From positions 224,001 through 288,000 of the forward strand of contig CAVQNT010000002.1 in assembly GCA_963714275.1 (NCBI GenBank): 64,000 nt of DNA, in the 5' to 3' direction. The position numbers and the translations under genes were made by a program. The notes under the pieces are model-generated. The model was not told the origin of the DNA. It made no database searches and was given only the letters and a program-made list of their open reading frames with translations. How positions within the stretch are numbered: position 1 is the first letter of the stretch; each line of letters begins with the position of its first letter. Positions 1 to 9,462 of the stretch are shown piece by piece. This DNA comes from Candidatus Bathyarchaeota archaeon (lineage in GTDB: Archaea; Thermoproteota; Bathyarchaeia; Bathyarchaeales; DTEX01).

Positions 1-428
<428 letters not shown>

Positions 429-592
429 TTAACTATATTAAAGCAGCCGCTATACTTCTACTCACATAAGGAGGATAAGACAAAGTATGAGAATACAATA
501 CCACAGCGAGAAGCCTATAGCCTACACTATTAGGAAGTCTCGCGAGACACCCAGCGTGCCAAGCACGATAATAATAAGCAGTTTTAACGGAG

Positions 593-1805
593 GTGAAAGC
601 TAATGAAAAGCTAGACGAAGTCAAAGTATGGGTTGAGTCAGAGCCAGCTATCAGCAAGTGGCTCGCATCATTCAAGAATCCCAGCACCCGCATCAACTAT
701 ACAATAGTGATGCAGACGTTCCAAGAGTTTACTGGCCTAAGAGGAGAAGACTTTCTCGCTGAGATAGATGCAGAGGAAGCCAAGCCGCTCACTCAGAGAG
801 GAAGCATAGAGAAACGATTCGTTCCCTTCTTTGAGTGGTTCACATCTAAAGGCAACGCAGAAGGCACAGCGGTCGCTAAGATAGGCGCCATAATGAGCTT
901 CTACCGCTTCTACAACTACCGCTGCAACTTCAGCCCGGGAAAGACTTTCAAAGCGGCTAAGAAGAACAGGGAAGTCAATATCACCAAAGAAGACGTTAAG
1001 AAGCTCTGTTTCAGCAGCCAAGAACCTTCGAGACAGAGCAATCATCCTAGTCCTCTACCAGAGCGGATGCGACCTAAGCACTCTTCGAAGCCTCAAAGTC
1101 AGGGATGTTCAGCATGGCTTAGAGTCAGGAGAACTTCCCCTTAGGCTTAATCTGAGACGCCGAAAAGAAGCAGTGGAATATCACAGCTTCATCTCAGTGG
1201 ACGCCATCGAAGCGGTCAGAGCTTACCTCAACGAGCGGACGAGAAAAGAAGGAGCTTTAGACCTAGAGTCTCCTCTCTTCATCAGAGAAAGAATCATCGC
1301 CATGTGGAGAGGAAAGCCGAGAAACGTAATCAGAGAAGCTCAGCAACATCCTCATAGAGAAGTTCTTCAGAGAAATCGCAATGGAGGCTAAGCTTCTTTC
1401 AGCAGAAGAGATGAGCAGAACCAACTGGAATCCCTTCAGAGCTCACGCGCTTAGGCGAGCTTTCGGAGATGCTTTAAGAGCAGCAGGCGCAGACTATGCA
1501 GCAATAGAGTATTTCATTGGGCACAGGACACCTATGCACGGCGCTTATCTGGGAAACATCGACCAAGCATACATCAAGGCTATGGATAATCTCAGCATCT
1601 TTGGAAGCAGCAACGAAGTGACAAACCTTAAGATAGCAACCCTCTCAGCAGAAGTGGATGGTCTTAAAACTCAGTGTCGGAAGTGCAAAGATTCGCCAAA
1701 GCAATTGAGCCTGTGCTTAGGGATTATCTCGACGACGATGCGAAGTTTAACGCGTTCAGCTACACAGAGAAAGCCGCGTTAGTTGAGCAGTTGAATAGGA
1801 AATAG
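593..1805 (+). CDS. Tyrosine recombinase/integrase, split by about 3 indels
   Basis: Joined frames give an N-terminal SAM-like domain, LRDRAIILVLYQSGCDLSTL (box I), RAHALRRAF (HxxR), IGH and GAY, then a C-terminal coiled coil. Confidence 0.85.
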
Positions 1806-2017
1806 AGCGGAAAGGGAAGGAAGATTCCTCTTCTTTTTCGGTCTTATCCTCCGAAGAACGGGGAAGCCTTCCTCCCCCGCAATCCTCCCTTCTTATAAGC
1901 TTTAAGAAACTGCGTTAAGAAACTTACTTTCGTCTAGCTTTATATCTTAACATCTTGTAGTAGTTCACAACCTAGCAGCGTAAGCTGTGAAGGTTTCTAC
2001 CAAAGGAGGAATGATAT

Positions 2018-2392
2018 ATGAAAAAAGCTAACCCGCCGTCGGATGCAAACGAGGTTGAAGGTGAAGACTTAGTTGAAGTTGAAGGCGAATATGGAAGAAT
2101 AAACCCCGTAGTAGCAAAGATAGTGCTAAGCACCCTAGTCTACGACTTAGCATTTGACCACCAAGATGAATTAGCAGAAAAAATAAAGGAAGCTTGTGAG
2201 GCATTATGTTGGCAGCACACACCTACAAAGAAAGAACTAAAGAAGGCTGTACCATATTTCTTTGAACTCGTCAGACAAATAGACAACTGTGAAATCCTTT
2301 ATTTCGACATGGACGAAAAGTCGTTAGGGAAGATCAAAGTTTCAGGTATCCCGCAAGTCGTCAAAGACATTAAAAGAGAGAAATTAACATAG
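2018..2392 (+). CDS. Hypothetical protein
   Basis: 124-aa ORF with AAGGAGGA RBS upstream. Confidence 0.6.
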   Translation: MKKANPPSDANEVEGEDLVEVEGEYGRINPVVAKIVLSTLVYDLAFDHQDELAEKIKEACEALCWQHTPTKKELKKAVPYFFELVRQIDNCEILYFDMDEKSLGKIKVSGIPQVVKDIKREKLT

Positions 2393-2440
2393 ATTGGGGC
2401 AGAGACGTATACCCAAAAGACGAAGAAGAGGCAGACGTTG

Positions 2441-2609
2441 CATGAACTTCAAGCCAATCGTGGCTAAGTATGACGACCACTGTTTCTGGTGCAAACGCCA
2501 CTTTGACATAGGGACGCCTATCTACTGGCGAAAGGAATCGGGGAAGTCAACCGTCATCTGCTTAGACTGCTGGGAAAGAGAGCAGCTCAGCCTCTTTAAT
2601 CATGACTGA
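2441..2609 (+). CDS. Small Zn-finger protein
   Basis: AKYDDHCFWC...CLDC, two CxxC pairs. Confidence 0.5.
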
Positions 2610-2870
2610 GGATGACACTCTCAGCCTTCGGAATCGTTATTCTACAATCGACTGTTGCAGGAATATCCACATTATCCATATGGATATTGGGGATATTTTG
2701 CTCCCTAAGAGAGAATATATTCATCATCATACAACAAGCTAGCGGGTATGCCCGCTGGGACACGAGGACTGTCATCCACTGTGGTGGCACACCCTCAGCA
2801 TCCCTACAATATTTTTTAAAAATAATGCGTCGTCCAACGCTTTTATAAAGTAATAAATATAATAAATATC

Positions 2871-3230
2871 ATGTCAATCGAAAAAGAAATATTGGATGAG
2901 ATGATTCCTAAATTAAGATCACAATTCTTTAGATCAGTTCACTTTGGCTTACAAGTTCTAGACTCTCTTTTAGAGCAATGTGGAAAGAATAAAGAAAAAG
3001 AGAGTGTCGAAATAAAAAATACGAACCTTTTGTTGCTAGTGAGTCAAATCAATAGAGCGTTTAGGGATTCTTCATTGTACATAGAAATGATAGAAAGCCT
3101 ATTGGGAAAGCATGAAAAAAGATGGGCTGATTTATTAGAAAAAGCAAAAGAACAAGATATAGAACAGCAAAAACAAATTAATGCAACATCAGAAAAACTT
3201 GGAAAAATTAGTCCAACGTATATAAAATAG
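2871..3230 (+). CDS. Hypothetical helical protein
   Basis: 119-aa ORF, TATA-like TTTTATAA about 25 nt upstream. Confidence 0.55.
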   Translation: MSIEKEILDEMIPKLRSQFFRSVHFGLQVLDSLLEQCGKNKEKESVEIKNTNLLLLVSQINRAFRDSSLYIEMIESLLGKHEKRWADLLEKAKEQDIEQQKQINATSEKLGKISPTYIK

Positions 3231-3377
3231 ACAATGTTTTCTCCATGATGATAGACCTCAGCCGCTGTGCTGGGATATCTGTCATCTTCCACTTGTTTTT
3301 AGAGCTAGCTTACGCCAACACAAGGTTTTTACCAAGGCTTTGATAAACTTAGCTTAGCTGACTAAGAGGTAGTTCAG

Positions 3378-3671
3378 TTGTCAGTCACAATAGATAAAGT
3401 TATAATAAATCGTCATTGTGTGGAAGCAATTCAGGGATTTCCTAGAGAGCACTTTCATTTAGAAGGTAAAGGTACAGATGATGAGATTAAAGGTGTTTGT
3501 AACGCACTTAGAGAATACAATGTAGGAGACACTGTTCAAGTCAAAGACGAAATTAAGTTTAATTTTTCGGGTGTGTGGAAAATAGGCAGGTTAGAGCTAA
3601 CACAAGAAGGGAAGACTCCTATTATCTACAAATTTTATATTGGATTTTGGGGCTTACAGATACATCCATAA
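3378..3671 (+). CDS. Hypothetical protein
   Basis: 97-aa ORF, GAGGT RBS. Confidence 0.5.
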   Translation: MSVTIDKVIINRHCVEAIQGFPREHFHLEGKGTDDEIKGVCNALREYNVGDTVQVKDEIKFNFSGVWKIGRLELTQEGKTPIIYKFYIGFWGLQIHP

Positions 3672-3854
3672 ACTTATTCTTGAAGAACAGTTACTTCTGT
3701 CTCATTAGGTAGATGCCTTTCTTCTTAGACTACGCAACGCCAGCCGTCTTGAGACATAAGACGGACTATCCCCTTCTGTTCTTTAATCGGCTTGTCAGAT
3801 AGGTCAAGCGGGTATAGTGTCTTTTTCGTTCATTGTTCAGCACCTAGGGATAGA

Positions 3855-4672
3855 TTATCGGTTCTCTTTGAGGAATTCTTCGACATCTTTATGCTGCTTC
3901 AGTTTGCTGGCGAGTGTAGGCCTAGGCTTCTCTTCAGCAGGCTCAACTCCGTAGTCGTGCTGATACTTCACTAGTTGGACTGACGTAACCGGCGCCCAGC
4001 CTGTCATAGCAAAGTATTCGGGATATTTCTGCTTCAACTTCAGCTTGGCTCTGACTGCTTTAGCAGGGTTGTCGCTAGACGCTTCGAGGATAAGTCTTTC
4101 GCTTCACGGTTGTGAGCATATCTTACCGCAGCCAGCGCGCTCGCTTTACCTACGGCTACAGTGCCTTTAGCAGCTAACTTAGTGCCTGCCCAAGCCGCTT
4201 TTGCACCGTACTTAGCACCAATGACTGCAGTTTTGCCTGCTAGTTTACCTACGGCTAATGCGCCGCGGCCGACTCCACGTCCCATTGCGCCAAGAACTTC
4301 ACCTAATGAATTTTCTACAGCAAGGATAGTGGTGAACCCTAGCCTTTTGAATGCTTCAGCTCTGGCGTGGCCGTTTAGAATTTGGTACTCGCCACTCGGC
4401 AGCTTATGCACCATTATAGGCGGAATAGTGTGTCCATTCTTATAGAGGTCCATAAAATACTTCACTCTCTCTTCAAAGTTGGGCTTAACGCTGTCGCTGG
4501 GGACAAGCTCGTCTATGTTGACGTCTATTATAGTCATTTTCACCACTTTGGAGGGATATCCCTGCGTGTGGGCTGTTGTTGAATGCTGACCATGTCCGCG
4601 GACGTAAGAAACGACAGGTATTCTTTCTCTGTTGTAAGCTCTAACTCTGTGTCTAATTGGACTTTTTCTCAT
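3855..4672 (-). CDS. ParB/Srx-like domain protein with basic N-terminus (probably frameshifted into 3855-4037)
   Basis: IPPIMVHKLPSGEYQILNGHARAEA resembles the ParB GxxR motif. N-terminus RKSPIRHRVRAYNR; Gly/Ala-rich helix. Confidence 0.65.
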
Positions 4673-4776
4673 GCATGTTTATCCTCCTAACAGTTGATGA
4701 TTCATAAAACTTACGGGAAGGATTATTGTGTCATCGAGCTATCCAATGAAGCCTCGGTGGTGATAGAAGGTTTGGC

Positions 4777-4975
4777 TTATTTGCCGCCGGGGAGGCCTTT
4801 GACTATGATGACTAGAACGTAGATGACGAGCAGTGATGCCATGACTCCAGTGTAGTTACCAGCTGATCTGATACAGATACACTTGGTCAAGACCGCTGAT
4901 TATGAGGACCGCGAGAATAGCGATGACGAAGCCGAGGATGGGATACAAGAACTGTCCCATTGATTTCGCTGACAT
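4777..4975 (-). CDS. Small two-helix hydrophobic protein (~65 aa, one indel)
   Basis: Manual translation MSAKSMGQFLYPILGFVIAILAVLIISGL / SAGNYTGVMASLLVIYVLVIIVKGLPGGK*. AT-rich TATA-like region upstream. Not in the ORF track. Confidence 0.55.
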
Positions 4976-5382
4976 GTCATTTATCACAACCTAAGGATGG
5001 TTGATATAATTTTATCTTAAGTCGCATTTAGAGATTCCTTAAGCAGCGAGAAGGCTGAAGTTTTAGTTGGACTCCGAGCACAAATTAAGCACGTGATAAA
5101 GGAAGAGGCTCGGCGTCCCCAACGACACCAGTAGGTTGAAGACTGGCAAGATAGACTACGCATACTGAATTTATAAATTTATCTCATAGAAACTTATTTA
5201 AATTAAGCCAACGTAATAAGTAATCAACAACGACAAACCCTTAGGTTGATGAAAATGAACGTCTAAAATATTCTCACAAACAGAATGCGAAACTCTTTTT
5301 AAGCAGACGAATTCCATCCTCAACCCTCAGCCTCGGCTCAGACCTCACTTCTGAACAGAAAGAACAGCTAGCCTACGGCGTA

Positions 5383-5817
5383 GTGAATGACTTCTTCTCA
5401 AGTCCACGGTACATCATTCATCAAGAAGTTCGCACAACCCGGGAAGGACAAGGCGACCACGACTTTTACATAGCTGATAAGAGGACAAGGATTCTCTATC
5501 ACACAGAAACTCAAGACGTCAACGAAGACCACAGACTCTACAAAGAATGGGCTGACAGCCGAATTGTTGATAGATTCAGGTCACACCAAATGCAGGTGAA
5601 GAAATATGCCGCTAAGTATGGCTGCTCACGAATCGTCAACTTGATGATAAGGCCTACACTCACCTTTGCTAGCAAGGCGGTAAGAAAGTTCTTTCAGAAA
5701 GCCGTCAAAGATTATAAGATCAACATGGTCTTAACAGGCAAGCAACTGCTAGGAGAGACAGTGACGTTACCTCAGCTTGGTGCGAAGCCCTGCTTAAAGC
5801 TAACCGCGGCAAGCTAG
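5383..5817 (+). CDS. Hypothetical protein, possible PD-(D/E)xK fold
   Basis: GDHDFYIAD...HTETQD pattern. Confidence 0.4.
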   Translation: MNDFFSSPRYIIHQEVRTTREGQGDHDFYIADKRTRILYHTETQDVNEDHRLYKEWADSRIVDRFRSHQMQVKKYAAKYGCSRIVNLMIRPTLTFASKAVRKFFQKAVKDYKINMVLTGKQLLGETVTLPQLGAKPCLKLTAAS

Positions 5818-6076
5818 CAGGATTTAACCTAGCTACCGCGAGTTTAGTTAAAACTAGACGACTGTTGACTAAAGTCTGACGACAACGTCTGCTCTATATT
5901 AGGCTCTAGTTTCGTTAGGAATCCTGCAAAAGATGAAACTTTGTCGCCAAAACTCCCTCTTTTTTACCCGCGAGGTGTTTCTTCAGCACAGAATCCCACC
6001 TTGCTCGACGACGATTTGTGTGAATATTATTTAAGACTTATGAAGTTAACTTCAAACTAAGTAATTACTGAAATAT

Positions 6077-6625
6077 CTATTTCTTTGTGGATGTTTTTCT
6101 TTTCTCTACTCTGGATTCTGCTCTAAAGATGAGTCTATGCATATTTTCAGGTTTAAAGAAATCTGGCTCGGTCCTATAAACATACAATAATTTTGCTGAT
6201 GGTTCTATGTTCTTAATAGGAATAATCTCTCTTAACATATCTATTTGCCCCTCATCTTCAATCTTGTGTTTTTTGCTTATTTTTTCAAGATTTAATTTCA
6301 CTATCTCCTTATTTCCCACAGTGGGAATAGTCAGAGATTTAATACTATTAAAAAAGATTAATGATATTATAGTAACTATAGTTAGAAGAACTGATGCAGA
6401 TTCGGCGGGAGTCAGACTAGAGATATAAGGAGATATCATGTTCAAAAGTGTAACTAGGAAAACAAACATTAAACCCACAAAGAGTATATAGGCAAAAAAG
6501 AAAAATGAGAGATTTTGTTTTGTCAGAGATGGTTTTTTAAATTCGTCATCCACAATTTTTACAAGTTCTTCTAAAGAATACCCTATCTTCTTTGGTTCTT
6601 CGGTCATGTCAATCACAAGAACCAA
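6077..6625 (-). CDS. Membrane protein (2 TM)
   Basis: Two hydrophobic segments in a 182-aa ORF. Confidence 0.55.
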   Translation of the reverse strand: MVLVIDMTEEPKKIGYSLEELVKIVDDEFKKPSLTKQNLSFFFFAYILFVGLMFVFLVTLLNMISPYISSLTPAESASVLLTIVTIISLIFFNSIKSLTIPTVGNKEIVKLNLEKISKKHKIEDEGQIDMLREIIPIKNIEPSAKLLYVYRTEPDFFKPENMHRLIFRAESRVEKRKTSTKK

Positions 6626-7106
6626 TCATACCAATACTAAGCATTAACTTTTCCCTCTTTTTCTGTTTCTCTTTTTGCGGAAACTTGGAAATATTAAGGG
6701 TATTGTATGATGCTGAGAATAAATTCTTCTTCCGCTCAGTTTCTTCTGGTGATGTTGATGTTTGACGAGTTGATCTCTTGGCTTACTCAGCAGTGGTTAA
6801 GTCTTCTCAAGTGGTATTCTTCCCTAGGCTTCAACGGCCACGTCATCTTTGAATTGGCTTTTCTTGCTGGTCTTATCGTGAGTCTCAGCATCCTTGCGCG
6901 CAGCATCATATCCCGGGTTAAGAAACGTATTGAGAAACCTCCCTTTTAACCGCCTCGGCTTCAGGAATAGGAGGTTTGGCGATATCAACAGCTCCTGTTG
7001 TGCACCGCCTAGAGAGAACGACACTCTCGCCTCCTGCCTATAGAAGCCGAGGTCTCTCATCTTCCCTGCGAGCAAAAGTAATTTATAAATTCTTCTTCTG
7101 CCTAAG

Positions 7107-7514
7107 TTGCTTGGTGATATTGTGGAAGTTCTTTCTGAAGTCGTCGTGAAAGAGAATCTTGGGAATCCATCAATCCCTTCAAGCCAGCATCTTTGTCCTG
7201 TATGCGGCTCTGCTCTTGCTGGTGTGAATCATAAGAGTTGGTCGTGCTCAAATTTGCAGTGTCCTGTGACGAGGGTGGTTTTTAGCGACGATAGGGTTGC
7301 AATGTGGACTAAAATTGAGAGAAAGGGCGAGGCTTATGGGACTTATACGCGTGTAGTTTTTAACATTGGGTGTTTTAATCGTCATCATAGAGAGTGCAAA
7401 CTGTGCGGTAAGCCTTTCGTAGCAGGGGACAAAGTGACTAACCGCCACGGCAGAAACTTAAAAAGTTACGAATTATTTCACGAGCACTGCTACGAGGCTT
7501 CAATAATAAGGTAA
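7107..7514 (+). CDS. Double Zn-finger protein
   Basis: CPVC...CSNLQC and CKLC...HEHC. Confidence 0.55.
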   Translation: MLGDIVEVLSEVVVKENLGNPSIPSSQHLCPVCGSALAGVNHKSWSCSNLQCPVTRVVFSDDRVAMWTKIERKGEAYGTYTRVVFNIGCFNRHHRECKLCGKPFVAGDKVTNRHGRNLKSYELFHEHCYEASIIR

Positions 7515-7623
7515 ATGGTAATGCTCTCAAATAAGACCGCAGGGATTCTATCATCCCTATGCTTGCTCTGCTTTCTTGGGATATGCATCATCTTATCGAA
7601 GAGAATGAAGAAGGTGCCTTAAG

Positions 7624-8223
7624 ATGTCTGAAGCTGATTTAGCCTTCTTCGGCGAGAGGATTGCCAAGAGGCCTAATCCCTCTATCTCTGCGGAAGAGGG
7701 TAAGAAAGACTTAGACTTTAAGAAGCGGTATGAAGCTAGAAGAAAGGAGAGGCTTGAAGAATTCAGAGACTGGACTTTCGATAGCTGGAAGACTAAAGGC
7801 TGGAAGCCTACAGTTGAAGGAGAGAAGATTAGTCCTATCCTCCATGCGGTGTTGATATCTGAGTTCTGCTGGGGCGTGGGTATGGTTGAGTTGGCTGATG
7901 GCCTCCGCCTATCCAGTGCCACGACCTACAACCACATTAAGAGGCATAACAAGGATGTTCAGACGGTTGGCTCTTGTCCGCTATGCATTCGTGGCATTCC
8001 CTACGCTGGCGACTTAATAGATATCTATTGTGAGGCTGAAGTCCAGCTTGGCATGCGCCTTCGAGAAGAGCTGATGATTGAGGATAAGGTGAAGGACTTA
8101 GATAGAGATGCGTCTGATGCAGTGGTTGACGAGTGGTGTGCTGCAAGGTTCGACCCGCTTGAAAAGAAGTACAGGAGTAGAACGCAGCTACTGTTTAGAC
8201 GTCCGCTTTTTAGGCATTTATGA
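7624..8223 (+). CDS. Hypothetical protein with putative HTH/Zn motif
   Basis: MVELADGLRLSSATTYNHIKRH (HTH-like) and CPLC. Confidence 0.5.
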   Translation: MSEADLAFFGERIAKRPNPSISAEEGKKDLDFKKRYEARRKERLEEFRDWTFDSWKTKGWKPTVEGEKISPILHAVLISEFCWGVGMVELADGLRLSSATTYNHIKRHNKDVQTVGSCPLCIRGIPYAGDLIDIYCEAEVQLGMRLREELMIEDKVKDLDRDASDAVVDEWCAARFDPLEKKYRSRTQLLFRRPLFRHL

Positions 8224-8422
8224 CTTTATTTGCGTTTCAATGTTTAGCGAGCCTTATAACCACCACTACTAAGTACAAATTCAAAAGTTTTCTATTTTCG
8301 TTGCTGGCACTCTATGCATTACGTAGGCATATGCAAAATGATGCATAATATAGGTGACTACCATGTAAACCTTAATATAATATTATATTTATAATTCTGG
8401 GCTATGCATGGTTTTGATGGGT

Positions 8423-9031
8423 CTACTTTACTAGAGTTAGAGCCCGAGCGATGTCTTCCGCGATCATTCTGCGTTTGCTTTTTTCGATGAAGAAACTGGG
8501 ACCTGCCTGCAGATAAGACGGGAAGGCTCTTTTCCCTTGAAAGAAGTATTCTGCGCTTCGTATCTTGTACGTAGAGCCTGCAGGTATCACCCTTCCCTCG
8601 CCAGCCCTTTTGGTAATATAATTGGTGGCCTTGATCGCTACATCCCCCATTAGCATGAGCGCCTTTAGATTTGGGAACAGCTTCAATTCCTGTTCCAGAA
8701 TTCGTGAACATTCTTCGATGGTGGTTGCCTTAATCCCGTATCCAGTCTTCCCACATTTCACGGCGGTGGTGAGGTACACGCCTAGATTGAGAATATCTTG
8801 CACCGATGTAACGTGAGTGCCTGCATCGTTGAATGCTTGTACCGTGGTCCTCTGAAACAGGGGGTCGCCCTTCGCGTAATAGTAGTCGCTTGGGTTCGGT
8901 GGCGCTGCCTCAGCGATCATTGCGATGGAGACTTGTTGCGGTCTAACTTCCACGTCTGGAACGACATAGCACTGATGGTTCATGTCGCCGCATGGGAACT
9001 TGACACATCTTACGCATTCACTTACTCGCAT
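8423..9031 (-). CDS. Uracil-DNA glycosylase superfamily protein
   Basis: MIAEAAP, YLTTAVKC, ECSRILEQEL and LMGDVA motifs. Confidence 0.75.
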   Translation of the reverse strand: MRVSECVRCVKFPCGDMNHQCYVVPDVEVRPQQVSIAMIAEAAPPNPSDYYYAKGDPLFQRTTVQAFNDAGTHVTSVQDILNLGVYLTTAVKCGKTGYGIKATTIEECSRILEQELKLFPNLKALMLMGDVAIKATNYITKRAGEGRVIPAGSTYKIRSAEYFFQGKRAFPSYLQAGPSFFIEKSKRRMIAEDIARALTLVK

Positions 9032-9145
9032 TTTCTTAGCCTCCTTCGAACCTCGATCTGTGCGGATAAAACGATAAGTGGATTAAAGATGTGACTGCTT
9101 AATGTATACTTACAGCCTATTTCTATGTCTTTCGCATCATACGTT

Positions 9146-9400
9146 TTAAGGCGAACCTGAACGGGTCAGTATCCACCAGAGTAGAGACAGGATGTTGATT
9201 ATTATGAGGATTGGTGAGATTACGAAGACGAAGCCATCCCTACGGTAGACGTAAAGGAGTATCCACGGAACACTTTCCAAAGACGGCATCTTCTCAAGAA
9301 TTAAAGGCACGATGAACAATAGTGCGCCAAGAACCATCAGCACAATCCCTAGGACTTGGGGGAAAGGAAATATCTTAGGCTCCATAGCCATAGCTCCCAA
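9146..9400 (-). CDS. Small membrane protein (DUF2905-like)
   Basis: Hydrophobic N-terminus, YRRDGFVFVISPI and a C-terminal TM segment. Confidence 0.6.
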   Translation of the reverse strand: MGAMAMEPKIFPFPQVLGIVLMVLGALLFIVPLILEKMPSLESVPWILLYVYRRDGFVFVISPILIIINILSLLWWILTRSGSP

Positions 9401-9462
9401 ACCTTCTAAATAAACTTAAAACAAATAAAATACATGCCTGAAACGTAAAAAAAAAATAAAAG

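Larger units (their letters stand above)
450..8400. mobile_element. Integrated element 1 (plasmid- or virus-like, tyrosine recombinase); boundaries approximate
   Basis: Integrase at the left end, followed by small orphan, Zn-finger and ParB-like ORFs, all between host lacZ and UDG genes. No convincing att pair found. Confidence 0.7.
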
